Source: Octopus sinensis (lineage: Eukaryota). Taken from it: 64,000 nt of DNA. The position numbers and the translations under genes are program-made. The stretch is from positions 1-64,000 of the forward strand of contig NW_021832570.1 in the NCBI RefSeq assembly GCF_006345805.1, read 5' to 3'. Below are positions 1-14,800 of the stretch, one piece after another. Positions within the stretch are counted from its first letter, which is position 1; each line of letters opens with the position of its first letter. A model generated the notes under the pieces. It saw nothing but the letters and a program-made list of their open reading frames with translations, was not told where the DNA came from and did no database searches.

Positions 1-1142
1 TCTTTAAACTCAATCGTTTTAATCTCCATCTAATATTCAAGTAATTTGGGGAAATGAGATAAAATCCCATAATCTGCATCATCTACAAACAAGCATAGTT
101 TTTTCTCAAATAAGACAATTTCCTACAAGATAAATAATGCAATATTTCCAGTTCCTTGTAGTTTTAAATTTAATTAATTAAGTTTTTAGCATAGATCGGT
201 CATAAAATATAGCTTCTGTAACCATAATTTTCGGTCAATTCTTGATATTCAATTCCTTTGCACCAAGAAAATATCGAATCTCTTCAATAAAGGATGTGAA
301 CGAATTAAGAATATCCCACCTGGAAAGGCATCTTACTTTATTGTACTGAAGAAGATCAATATTTTCTGAATTAGTTTTAATTAACAAATCTTTACTCTAT
401 GGTTAAGTCCCTTTTATTTTGTTAATAAAAGCTTCGGCTATGTTTTCACCACTGGTGTAGCCTTTAAGATGTAAGAATGACATAAATTCTTCTCTGAAAA
501 AACGCTTATTAATATATTATTAAAACAATTTACCATATCTTTTTTGTTTTCAAATTCTGGGAAGATTTCGTCAGCTGCTTTAATAAAACACGTTTTTATA
601 TACTTTCCGTCAAAAGGTTTCCCCCTTTTAGCGATTTTGTAACTGATAATAAAGCTGGCAATAGTAGAAGTCTTTAATAACTGTCTTAAATTTTTAAACG
701 TTGACGTGAAACATCCAACATTTCTTTTAAGTTCATCAACAGCTTTTTTCGAATATCACTAGAAGAATAATTTTTTCAAAATTCACCATGTTTGAAATTA
801 AAATGTCTTTCCAAGTTGGAAAATCTCTTGACATATGAGACACGTAGGTAAGTTTTTAGAATTTATGACAAATGCAAACACTTTAGTCAAATTGAATTGA
901 AAAAACGAGTTTTCTACTTCATTTTATTATTATTAGAAATCATAAAAATGAAAACGTGTGAAATCAATTGTAAAAATTTATAAGATTTAATTTTAAAATG
1001 ATTATTTAAATATATGTAAATAAGTTTAAAAAAACCACATAAATATAAGATAGAAAAAGATCCGCTTTTAAAATTATTTTATTGTACCAAATGAAAAAAA
1101 AATGTTTAATGTGAATATTTTCCTATAAGAAAAAAACCACTG
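1..1142 (-). mobile_element. Degenerate hAT (Buster/SPIN, GTF2IRD2/EPM2AIP1-like) transposase remnant, runs off the window start
   Basis: Manual minus-strand translation gives ASFIISYKIAKRGKPFDGKYIKTCFIKAADEIFPEF, FLHLKGYTSGENIAEAF and LLQYNKVRCLSRWDIL, with stops and frameshifts. A CAGTGG-type terminus reads inward from 1142. Confidence 0.75.
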
Positions 1143-1271
1143 GTACTCACTTATTATCCAAAAATAATTATTTTAGTGAAACATTTGAAATCATTATTTA
1201 ATTTTATTAAAATCAATTAAATTTAATTTTAGTTCTTTAACATTAGCGGGTATATAACATCGAGTCTCGTG

Positions 1272-3923
<2,652 letters not shown>

Positions 3924-4020
3924 TTGTTTTTTTAATTATTTTCTTATAAGTGCCAATAATTTATCTTTAAAAAAACCGTTATCCACTTTAGTTTTATTAT
4001 TTGTGACGTTACACGGGACA

Positions 4021-4420
4021 ATATCGTTCTTAGAAACCTCCCCGAACGGAAATTGTGCGAAGATTACTCTGCAGCCTGTGGTTGGTGGGAGGCTCGGTTT
4101 GGTTCGAAGCTGCCCAATTCTCAATCTGTACAGCGTCAATGGGACGAAATCTCTTGTGAGACAATTTTCGAAGCCCTCCTTCCTGTCTCCAATCAATATA
4201 GTGTCGCTTGTTTCCGTGCAGGTCACTGTGAAGGCAGCGGTGTCTGATCAAAGGCTCTCCCTTTCCCTTCCATCGGGAACCTGGTGGACAAGGAATGCCT
4301 AAGAATCGCAATCTCCCTCCGTGTCAGGCTGAAAAACTGCCAGACACACAAATGTCGCTGTGGGGGAACTGTTGACGAGTACGCCGGGTGTCTTGTGAGG
4401 CCATTAATTAGCTTAGCTCT
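4021..4420 (+). mobile_element. CRE-clade non-LTR retrotransposon 3' fragment with the RLE domain deleted
   Basis: Encodes ...LRIAISLRV...HKCRCGGTVDEY, then joins directly to the 3' end GGGTGTCTTGTGAGGCCATTAATTAGCTTAGCT shared with the copy at 50381-50950. Confidence 0.8.
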
Positions 4421-4439
4421 CTATTTACTTTTATAAATT

Positions 4440-6920
4440 AAGAAGAGATAAAAAAAAATAAAAAGACCATGACAGCGGAATAGATTGGCGATTGTATGCT
4501 CATCAGCATGGCAAATGGGGCAAAAGGGGGAGATCGAGATGTCCATTTTGTGTGCATAGTGGTTTAATGAGGAGTGATGACCCAAGGAAACGAGCCGAAG
4601 CTTGTCTGAGCCGAACGGTCGAGATGCAATTCAGAACAGTGAACGTCAGGAGGAGGTTTATTGAGTACAGAGTTAGGCGTCAGCTTAAGAATAGCTGATG
4701 TGGATATCAAATTGTGAATTTTCCTCATCGGGTATGGACATTGGTGCAAGCCGTCGATTTTTGCAAGGATCCGGGAATATAGATTCGCCGGCGTGTTCTT
4801 CAGTGAACGAGAATTTCCGTTTAGCACATTTAGAGCAGAACATGGATGATAGGGAATTCGAGATGCAAATAAAAATTGCGCTCCTCTCATATTTAGATGA
4901 TTTTCAATTGGCAAAAGTTTGTTTCACAGTTTGAGGTTATCAATTTGGGTTGATTTCAGACACCAAGATATTGTGCGCATGGTTTTTTGGTTTTGTACTG
5001 ATTGAAGTGCCATTGTCGAGTTTATGGATAGACAGAGCGCCCGGCTTGGACTCGCATAACTTAATACGGGCCGTATGTATTGTTTGTAAACTCGTCTGAG
5101 GAGTGGCTTCTGGGCGCCTGTAATGTGACCACTTATTGCTTTTAGTATGTTTGTGCGTCTGTTTGCCTTGTCAGAAATGTTAGAGACATGCTTGTTGAAG
5201 GACATACAGTTGGATCAAAAGTAAGTCCGAGGATAGTAGGGGTTTTGCATTGTGGGAGGTCAGAACCAAAGAGAGATAACTTCGGGTGAAGGTTTGATTG
5301 TCTTCTGTCGGAAGAAAATAGGTGACCGATAATTTTGAGGGCGAAGCCTCGAGTCTGTTTTAAATGAACCAAATCTCAACGGAGTATAATTGTTGCTGGA
5401 TGTTGAGAGAGGCTGATATGTAATCTGCGTGTTTAGAAGCAATGATAATGTCATCTGCGTAAGATAAAGTCAAGTTGTTTGGGTCATTCGCCGGAAAGTC
5501 ATGTAAATATAAGTTGAACAGGGAAGGGGACAACACAGAACCCTGCGGTACCCCATTTGGAAGATAGCGTTGTTTTGAACAATGGTCCATAAGGGAGACG
5601 TATCCCATTCGACCCGATAAGAAGTTTGCAAGCCAGGATTTGAGGTTTGTTTAGGTCTGTCTTTAAAATTTTGTGATGAGTCCACACAGAGGGACGCTGT
5701 CAAACGTTGAAGATATCGATTGAAACTATTACTGTTCGTTTTGGGGGTCTCTTCTCATTGAAGCCGTCCAGCACAGATTGCGAATTTAGATTCCTCAGTT
5801 TTATAAAGGACCCGTTTCCATCGAATTGTTACGCGTCTTATAAGGGCGTTTACTTCGTGACTGTAACTTTGGGAGAATTTTGTATAATTCCTTGAGGAAT
5901 GAATTTTTTGGAGGGGAGATGATAAGTGCATTAAGATAATTGACTGCTAAATCAGTCAAACGAAAGTTGATAATGTCGAAATCATTCAATGATTTTTCTA
6001 GAGCGAGACAGTAGTCATTTCAGGAAGCTCTTTTGTAATTCGTATAACACGCCGTTGAATGTCGATGTTGGTTTTTGGGCATTCTCAATAATAATCGGTT
6101 TGTGATCAGAATTTAAGTCGTAAATGACCTTCCAAGAAGTAACTGGGGCCAGAATTGGAGTACACAGCGGGATGTCAGGAGAAAATTGCGTCGCCTTCCT
6201 TGACGGTTTTCTGATGTGAGATGAGGGATTGTTGAGGATAACTAAACCATCAATTGGTCGAATAGTAGAGATCCTCTTGACTTGAGAGATTGATTTTTTA
6301 GCTATATCGGGCTCTTTGCGTTCATATCACCACAAATAACGACATTGTTGAGAGACTGGAGGTTTTGAATAGAAGGGGTCCATCCATGAGGACATAACGA
6401 GTGAGGAGGTATGTATACATTGAGAGTCTCCTAGTTGATGACCCTGTAGAGACAGTTATAGCTGTCATTTCAATCACTTGATCGTTGCCAATTAGCGAGT
6501 AAGCTTGGGAGGTACAGTTAGTGAACGGGATGGATTTTTTGATAAGAGTTAGTAGGCCACCCCCATTTACAGAGCCCGGTCTGTCCCGACGGATGTATGA
6601 ATAACCAGGGAAATCTGGCAAGCGATTTTTGGCCGAGAGCTTTGTTTCTTGCACCAAAGCAATGTCCACGTCGTGCTTCTCCAGGAAGGAATAAAGTTCA
6701 GCAGTCTTCTGAGCAAGATACGTAATAGGTTCTTTTTGCTGGGGCCAGGATTTGGTTCAATGTCTCTGGAAAGTAGAAGGGTGAGTTTGATAAGCAAAGA
6801 GGTCCTTGGGAGCAACGGCTTCGCGCCTGCTCTGCTGCCACCGACGTCGCTGAATCGATCCGATCCGGCAGGGGAGTAGTTGTAGGTCTTTTCGTAGTAT
6901 AAAACTATCACCTGTCACGG
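4440..6920 (-). mobile_element. Vingi/ingi-like LINE (2A-like peptide, APE endonuclease, RT, C-terminal CCHC), frameshifted
   Basis: LLLSRDIEPNPGP (6741-6779); APE DIALVQETKL...YIRRDRPGSVNGGGLLTLIK; RT GVPQGSVLSPSLFNLY...YADD; thumb YKQYIRPVLSYAS; C-terminal GHHSSLNHYAHKM...FCPICHADEHTIANLFRC. Clade assignment is inferred from domain order. Confidence 0.85.
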
Positions 6921-7049
6921 CAAGAAGGTGACCCACATCGACAGATTTTTCGTATAAGCCAAAGAAGTCAAGATAACTTTGGACACGTAAAAGGAATCGA
7001 TGTATGCTATGTCTTTTTTTGTCTTTTCTCAATTTTTTTATTCCGTCTT

Positions 7050-7500
7050 TTCTCATTTTTCATATAGTGTCGACAGTGCTCGAAGTCTAACATATGTTAA
7101 GACTCCAATTTGCATTTTTTTGATATTTTGAATTTTTTCTTTAAATCAGCTACTTTCTGTAACATGGACGACATCCTTTTAGTTTTCAATATTCTCAAAA
7201 CGGTCTTTTCAGTTTCGCTTATGTTGGATGCTATTTGATTTTTATTAAGGTTTTTTGTTTCAGTAGCAAAATAAATTTTTTAATTTTATTTGGATTGTAA
7301 ATATCGGCCTTCGATAATATTTCTTAAACTATGATCAAATTTACTAACGGTGTGATTGTATCCGATTTTTTTAGAAGTTTAAACAATTTTTGGTCGTTTT
7401 TGTAAGTTTTGAAGATGTTTTCGATATCAAGTTTTGTGCACATTTTGGCAATTTTGAATGAAGAGTTCAAATTGAAAAATCATTCTAGTTTTACGACTAT
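7050..7500 (-). pseudogene. Degenerate copy of an unidentified coding sequence homologous to 54200-54660
   Basis: FKLLKKSDTITP...EILSKADIYNP and NQIASNISETEKTVLRILK...LQKVADLKKKFK align with the 54.2-54.6 kb copy at DNA and protein level. Confidence 0.55.
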
Positions 7501-9184
7501 TAGAAATGCCAACGTCCAGCATGTGAAATGACATTTTTCACTTAGGCGTTGGCCAACTAATGAAAATATTTGACATTGATAATTCTGTCGACAAACGCAG
7601 AAAAAAAGCATATTAGTGTGTTCCAGTTTAGTCCAAAAAATTTAGTCTACTCTGTTTATTTAGTCTACTCTGTTTTAAACTGCTGTTTTAGTGCGACTGA
7701 ATATAGTTAGATATTTGATATTTAAGGCATTGTAAAATTCGGAGACCTTATGTATTTGTATAATATTGATTGAGAGTTACCAGAAAATGAACAGACAGCT
7801 TTATCTATTGAATTGACACTCTGAGAGTAATACAGACATGTTCTTTGAAGAGATTTTGCTGAGGCAATTTACATGACGATTTTTACCAAAAGAGTTTTGG
7901 ACCTCCCGAAACTGTAGTACCTTAAATAAAAATTTTCAAGTTCGGATGCGTTTTTAATAACTAAAGAGAGATTTTCATTTTTGTGTTTTACTTGTACTCA
8001 CTCAGTTTTAGTTGGATTAGAAGGTTAGAAGTCTTTTGATCACGCTGAAAGAATGTTTTTCGACATAATGTCCTGGATTTAGGTACTCTTAAAGTTGTTT
8101 TCCTCTATTACGAAAGGCGATAATGTCTTTACAATAAAACTTAAACAGTGATGTTTTGTGGTGAAGAGAAAGAATCGAGTTTCAGAAGTAACAGCTGTGT
8201 TGGAACTTCTTCGTTTACGAAGTTGGATTTATTTTTTAAACGGAATAAGGAGGATAAAAACATTCTCGATAGAAAACTTCCTAAAGATACCTAAATATTT
8301 TATAAAGTCTCAAGAAATCTTATTGGATTAGCAAAACTTGTCATTATCGAGGCCTATTATTATAGCACTTCCAGTAGGAACATGAACAGAATAAATCATA
8401 TTCTCATATGTGCCACACACGGACGATACGACTTTCTTAACATTCCGCGGTTTTGTGCCTGTCCGCCGAGTTCGTCCAAATCATTGCAGTTGTTTAGGGT
8501 TTTCTTCGCGAAAATTAGATCATGTTGCAGAACAGTCGGTCCTGTTGTTCGGAGTCGTTCGCGAAATTTTGGTCTATCTAAAAGAAAGTATTCTTCCATG
8601 ATTTTGTAGGCAGGTGTAGACACAAAAGCGTATTTTCTCTCTCTTTCGAATGTTCATTAAACCACAAAAGGCATACTAACATAGATGAAAACGAAACAAA
8701 TACAAAAAAATGACAAAAAGGTTAAAAGAAGAATAAAGAAATTAACTTAGAAGATGTCCGAGAGAATCAGAAGAATAAGCAAAATAATAATTTAAAATTC
8801 TGAAAATGGCACAAGAAAATGAGGTGGAAAACTTGATTTTTTTAATTGGACTTTTAAGTTGAGTAATTTAAAGCATTTGAACAGTAATATTGTCGTTAAA
8901 CTGATTTTATTCTGGACTAAAAGTCAGCAAATATTTTTGGAGAATAGCCAATTTTTTATATTCTCAAAAATTTCAACAAATCGAAAAGACAGCTTTTACC
9001 ACCTGTCTAAATCAAAAATTCAATAATAATTAAGAATTCATTTTAAAAATAAAATTTATGAGTCTCATTAATGAGAAATGTGATTCCTTATTTTTTTAGA
9101 GAGTTGTCTAATGTTTAGGTCGCAACTAGTCAATTTTAATTTGAGATTTGATTTTAGATTTAGTCTGTAATATTGTTTTTTAAG

Positions 9185-10200
9185 CGTCACTGGTTTTTGT
9201 CTGGACCCGGCATCTGCTCGGACCGCAAGCGTATTTTCGAATAAAAAATATAGAAAATAGTTTATTAACAGTCATAAATACATATTTATTAATTATTTTA
9301 AAAAGAATTTTACTTTGATAAAATTAAATTGGCACGTGAAAAATGGGTCTACTGGTTTTGACTAGAGATACTTTGTCAAAAATCAAAAAATACAAAGAAT
9401 ACCAGAATTTGGATGAAGTTTTGGATAAAAAGGAGAGATATAAAGTCAAACAACATGCAGAAACCTTTTCTTTTGCTGATGGAAAAGCTTATATACGAAG
9501 AAATGGCCTAAAACTACGATTTTTTTGTATTGAAGACGCAGAACTAAAATTACTAATGATTGAAGTACTGGTTGTATCATCTAAAAATAGTCCGAGCATA
9601 ATTCTAATCATTTTGGAAGAGATCGAATGATTAGTCATCTGAAGACAAGGATCTATGGTGTTAGTCGTTCTGAAATAATGCAAGTTATCAATAACTGCGT
9701 CTTTTGTCAGGTAAAAACATTAAAATTTATTTATAGTCCAAAAAATTAATGAATAACAAACGGAAATGGAAATTCGACGAAAACGACATTAAGGTTGTTT
9801 ATCACGTGTTATAATGCGGATTAAGGTGGGGGATAATGTCTATTACGGCAAGATATTGATGCTAAAAATAGACATTATCCATTATATGATCAAATTGATA
9901 CGAAAAAATATAAAGTTATTGCTAAAGAAAATATGAATTTTGATATTCAAGATGAAGAAGGATCTGTCATAAAAAGAACAAATATTGCGAGACTTTATAA
10001 AATTAATTAGTGTTTTTGTTTATAAAAAATAATTCTTAATAAGATTCTTTAGGTACTAATCAAAGAATCATTATTTTATGATTAAAGTTGGAATAGATTA
10101 GGGTTCGCCTTGTGTTAAAATAAGGGTTAGTATAGGTTGGGGATAGGGATAAGGTTAAATTTAGGTTAGCTTTTGGGATAAAGTTGAGATTTTATCACGC
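9185..10200 (+). mobile_element. Ginger-like DNA transposon derivative: integrase Zn-binding domain and C-terminal tail, catalytic core missing
   Basis: Left TIR-like CGTCACTGGTTTTTGTCTGGACC. Spliced ORF from 9343: ...KLRFFCIEDAELKLLMIE/SEHNSNHFGRDRMISHLKTRIYGVSRSEIMQVINNCVFCQ (HHCC), with introns 9565-9590 and 9711-9736. Tail IKVGDNV...YKVIAK...TNIARLYKIN*. Degenerate TTAGGG-like motifs at about 10095-10170. Right TIR not found. Confidence 0.7.
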
Positions 10201-10399
10201 GACAAAAATAAAAATGTATTTTTATCACGGAATAATACTTTTGTATTTTTTATTTAAAAAATGCAGTCATAGAGAGACGTGCGGGATAATAAAAATTAAT
10301 AGGTCGACTTAAAGTAATGTTTCTAGGACCAACTCGACTTGGTCATGGCCAAATACATTGCAAGGTGGTGCAGTTTGGACAAAGGACTCTCTTCGAATT

Positions 10400-11210
10400 T
10401 AATGGATAACCAAACAGCAGAGAACTTATATGTCGTTTGGAGATTGAGTACATTGAGCAATTCTTACTTGACTCGTTTTTTGGCTGTCTTCATCTTTTTT
10501 TCATCAAACGTGGGTCCAATTAGATAGATATCGCGTCCCCCGAAGAGCAGAAATATTAAACACACTTTATCAAAAAAACAAATGCCAAAAGAGAAACTTT
10601 CCCATACCCTGAAAAGACCGAAACAAACAAAGATCTAACCAACATACGGTTAAAAATTATGTGGTTTCAGTTGTTCAGACAAATTGGACCTGTATATAGA
10701 ACAGAGCATTGATAATAATAATTTTTAAACATCTTGGCATCTTTTATTTTTAAATCACCAAAGAAGAAGTCTCCACGTGCATCAGCTTGTATGCCGAAGA
10801 AACCATTCATTCTCAGAACTCTATCTAGCTTATGAAAAAACGGGTCACACCCGGTACTGGCGAATATCTACCGCCAATACTTTGAACCATCAATTGCCTA
10901 CGCCTGCGGATCATGGGGTCCGCGGCATTGAAAATAATAATTTTTAAACATCTTGGCATCTTTTATTTTCAAATCACCAAAGAAGAAGTCTCCAAGTGCA
11001 TCAGCTTGTATGCCGAAGAAAGCATTCATTCAATTGAACTCTATCCAAAACTCTATCGGAACTCTATCCAGCTTATGAAAAAACGGGTCAAATATCTACC
11101 GCCAATACTTCGAACCATCAATTGCCTACGCCTACAGGAGGCGAATCGAGGAGGCCCAACAAAGGGCCCACAGATTAACCAATCGATAGGTGACCTTTCT
11201 GTCGAGTAGC
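10400..11210 (+). mobile_element. LINE RT C-terminal remnant with an internal tandem duplication of about 220 bp
   Basis: KHLGIF and NIYRQYFEPSIAYA (RT thumb-like). About 10705-10910 is repeated at about 10925-11135. Confidence 0.55.
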
Positions 11211-11564
11211 TGTCCTAAAAGAAGAAAAAACATTAATTAAAGATAAGTATTGGACTTAATTACATTCATGCTTTGAAATTAGAATAAGAGTTTTGATGAT
11301 CATTTTGAAGTCCGGACTTCAGTTCCAGATTCAAATCTTTTTCTTGGCCTAGTTTTAGTGGAAGTTCGCCAATTCTGAAATTCGCAAAAATTTTTCAAAA
11401 TTTTTAAAAAAGAAATATTTTGTATAGACCATCGCAATACCGATTTTTTGTAAGAAAAGTACCGTTTTCCCAAGAATTCTCTTTTTTAAAAACGAAAGAT
11501 TGTCAGATTGTTTTTGTCCTGACATTAAAAGTCTCGAAAAGTCAAAAATTTTAAAAACTCGATA

Positions 11565-12050
11565 TAATTGATTTGAAATTTCTAAAAATGAATTGATGAT
11601 TCAATTGTTTTAGCACATTTTCTGTGCCAAATTATTTTTTGGTCTTTAAAATAGAGGCCTTTCCTTTTTATGCCCCGAAACCACTCATGGTCGAATTTAC
11701 ATAGAAGGATATGCTTTTTGATGTGATATGAAATTTGAGTTTATGGATTACTATCCATATGGCCATGCGGCCACTTTTTGTTTACTATTAAATTACAAGT
11801 AAAAACCTAATCAATGACAGTTTTAGTCTGCTATAATATTTTAATTGATTCGTCAATCATTAGTTAATTCTGGCAAATGAGCTGTTTTTATTTCTAATTA
11901 AAATCTTTCGTATGTTTTTATCACATTTTTCCATTCATCAGTGACGTTTAATTCTGGTCTAATATTAGAATAAAAATTTCTTTTCTGTATTTTCCGTTTG
12001 TGACTACTTACCTTCTATTTACAATCGACACTACTACTTAAGACTTAAGT
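11565..12050 (+). repeat. Copy of a ~500-bp interspersed repeat family with a CCATATGGCCAT core
   Basis: Shares TTTATGCCCC...CCATATGGCCAT...CTAATCAATGACAGTTTTAGTCTGCT...CAGTGACGTT...GTTTGTGAC with copies at about 33500-33750, 34640-34960, 36540-37770 and 48335-48795. Confidence 0.85.
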
Positions 12051-13402
12051 AGAATTTTTATTTTCCTATTCGCTTGAATCGACCACTAAAGGAGAAGATA
12101 TTTTTCAAGCAATTTCTATGTTTTTTGACAGGGTTGGATTATCTTGGAATAATGTATGTTGTTGCACAACCGATGGAGCTCCAGCAATGCTTGGCTTTCA
12201 TTCTGGCTTTAGAGGCCAAGTTAGACTTGCTAACCAAGAAACGAAACATATGCATTGTATGCTACATCGATATGCACTTGCTGCAAAAACATTACCTTCA
12301 GATTTAAGATATGTTCTCGATGATGTCGTACATATAATAAATTATATTAAAAAGAGTGCTTTAAATTCGCGCATTTTCAGACTTATTTGCGAAGAATTTG
12401 AAAAGGATGGAAAGGCTTTGTTATTCCACACTGAGGTGAGATGGCTATCTTGGGGAAACTTCTTTGCCAGAGTTTTTTCTTTGAGGAATGAATTATCTGA
12501 ATATTTTATTCGCGAAAACAATTCCAAATCATCGGAATTTATTTCGAAATTAATGGATAGTTCATAGCTATCTAAACTTGCTTACTTGAGAGATGTCTTC
12601 TCTCGTATAAATTCACTCAACAAATCGCTTCAGGAAAGACATGAAACAATAATTGATTTTGTGGATAAAATTAAGTTTGTTAACTGTTTCATATTAATTA
12701 TTAGTGCTTTTTTGATGAAGTTAACACTGTGGAAAGAAAAAGTAAAACTAAATAATTTTACTAGTTTAAATCTTTTGAAGAACAATCTGTAAATATAGAT
12801 GCATTTGAAATCAAAAAAATAACCGAACTTATTTATGCACATTAACATATCTTCAACAAGAAGTAAATAAATACTTTCCAGAATTGAACGAAATTGATTT
12901 GAAATTCATTCGTACACCATTCAGTGTTGATCCACGTTTGGTCGATGAAAATATCGAAGAGGCTTATATTGACATGATCAATAATTCAAACGCAAGATTT
13001 GTATGAAAAACTTGCTTTATCAAGATTTTGGTGCGAAATGTGTAAGCATTATCCTTCCGTAAGCGCAAATGCATTAAATTTGTTGCTTATATTCCCGACA
13101 ACATATTTATGCGAACATGGCTTCTCAGCACTTCTCAATATAAAAATAATCATCGCGCAAGACTGAATATTGAAGATGACATCAGGGTTTGCTTGTCGAC
13201 AACCGAGCCTCTTATTGAAAAAATTGCCTCGAAAAAACAATATCAACCTTCTCACTAATTTTCTTTATTGATTTAATAATAAATTTTGTTTTTAGATAAG
13301 TAAAATTTTTTTGACAAAAAACTTAATAAATATGTAGGGGGTCCGCGAAATTTTTCATTTACTCACAAGGGGTCCGCAAACAAAAAAGGTTAAGAACCAC
13401 TG
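12051..13402 (+). mobile_element. hAT (Buster, ZBED5/SCAND3-like) transposase C-terminal two-thirds; right TIR present, left end deleted
   Basis: TTDGAPAMLG...HCMLHRYAL...LLFHTEVRWLS...PTTYLCEHGFSAL...KKQYQPSH*. Ends GGTTAAGAACCACTG at 13402. ACTTAAGT occurs at both 12043-12050 and 13403-13410 (TSD). 30-nt intron at 12675-12704. Confidence 0.9.
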
Positions 13403-13759
13403 ACTTAAGTAAACGCAGAATCATATTAAAAAATAAAAATACAAAGTGTCTTTATCATTGCCATCAAACGACCTACTACAAAGAGGTTGAAGAGCCAAAT
13501 GTTCACTACTATGCCATCAAACTTTAACTGAGTTAGAAAAACAGTGACTTCAGTGCATGATGAACAATGTTATTTGTAGTTAAAAACGAAATACATGGGC
13601 TTTTGTAAAAGAATTGACACTTTTATACTGTGCAAAAATCCCTTTGCGCATTTCGAAATATCTTTAATTGTCATCGAAATCTTTCTTTAAATAATGAAAA
13701 AATTTATTAGCAATTCTCGAACAAGATAACAGTTTATTATAATAAATTTTAAAAAATGT

Positions 13760-14185
13760 CGAAAAAGAAGTCATGGATTATTTGTTCGTTGGCATGCCTG
13801 GTCTAGGCTGCTTCGGATGCATGCCTCTCCCGATCTTCTGATAGTTTTCTTTTAGGGATACTGGTAATAGGGGTTCATTTGAATTAAAATATTCTTCAAT
13901 GACGATATTGCACAGTGTTTTGCAATTTTTCTCTAATAAATGTCCAAACAGTCGCCATCTAAACTCCATTTCATTTCATATTTTTTTGGCTATTGAATAT
14001 TGAGTGAGGTTCGGATTTGTCGTCTATGGAATGAGTCCAGTTTTTCTTTGCTTTTGTACCCGAGATTGTATAGTAGGATATATAACGAACCGGACAACAA
14101 AGACTGGCTTGTTTCTGTTCCGCCTGTCAGCCATACTCAGGCTCTTGGCTGAATGTATTCCCTTCTCCGCTTTTGGATACTATAG
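13760..14185 (-). mobile_element. RTE-like LINE 3' remnant
   Basis: ORF 13778-13969 begins with EFRWRLFGHLL, the RTE-type post-RT motif. Same family as 47050-47760. Confidence 0.55.
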
Positions 14186-14189
14186 TCGA

Positions 14190-14800
14190 TTCTACAATTT
14201 TACATGAAAATCAACGTTCAGCTTCGGCAATAAAGAGAAAATGGGAAAAGATGTCACAAATTTATTATTAAACAAAAGTTTAGAAAAAAGTGAGAAAACT
14301 TTGGCCTGCCAACACTTCCCTTGGAATGGAGACAAAAATATTGTTTATATTGATAGCAAACTATAAAAATCTGCTGTTGGAGTATTTTTAATGAATGATT
14401 ATGAAAGCTAAAACTGCTGTTTCATAATGTAAACAAATAAAGAAGGAATAATAATGAATGTAATAATTATTAGGTAATTACGATTATGTAATAGCATTTC
14501 AATATAAATAGAAAATATATGATAACTTACGGGAATATTTTCTAATTTATGTAATTAAAATATAATGAACATAGAAAACATATGCGATTGTATTTTTTGG
14601 AAGGCTTCACTTACGAGAAAAAGAAATTTTTCTATTTTAAAAGCCTACATTATAGCTGGGGTACAAATGATACGAAATATGATACGAAATAAAAAAATGA
14701 TACGAAATTATGAGCGAACTTTATATTCGCTCTTTAAATGACCCCATACATTAATGCATTTTCAATATGCTTAACACAATTTTTTTGATAATAAGCTATA
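14190..14800 (+). pseudogene. 3' fragment of a paralog of the Myb-domain gene at 38882-39537, plus downstream sequence
   Basis: 14190-14256 matches 39411-39477 at 64/67 nt (STILHENQRSASAIKRKWEKMS). It continues KKVRKLW, versus KKVSKYW in the intact gene, with in-frame stops. Confidence 0.75.

Noticed and set aside
8382-8623. Overlapping short ORFs in a GC-richer patch
   Set aside because: No recognisable motif or splice structure.
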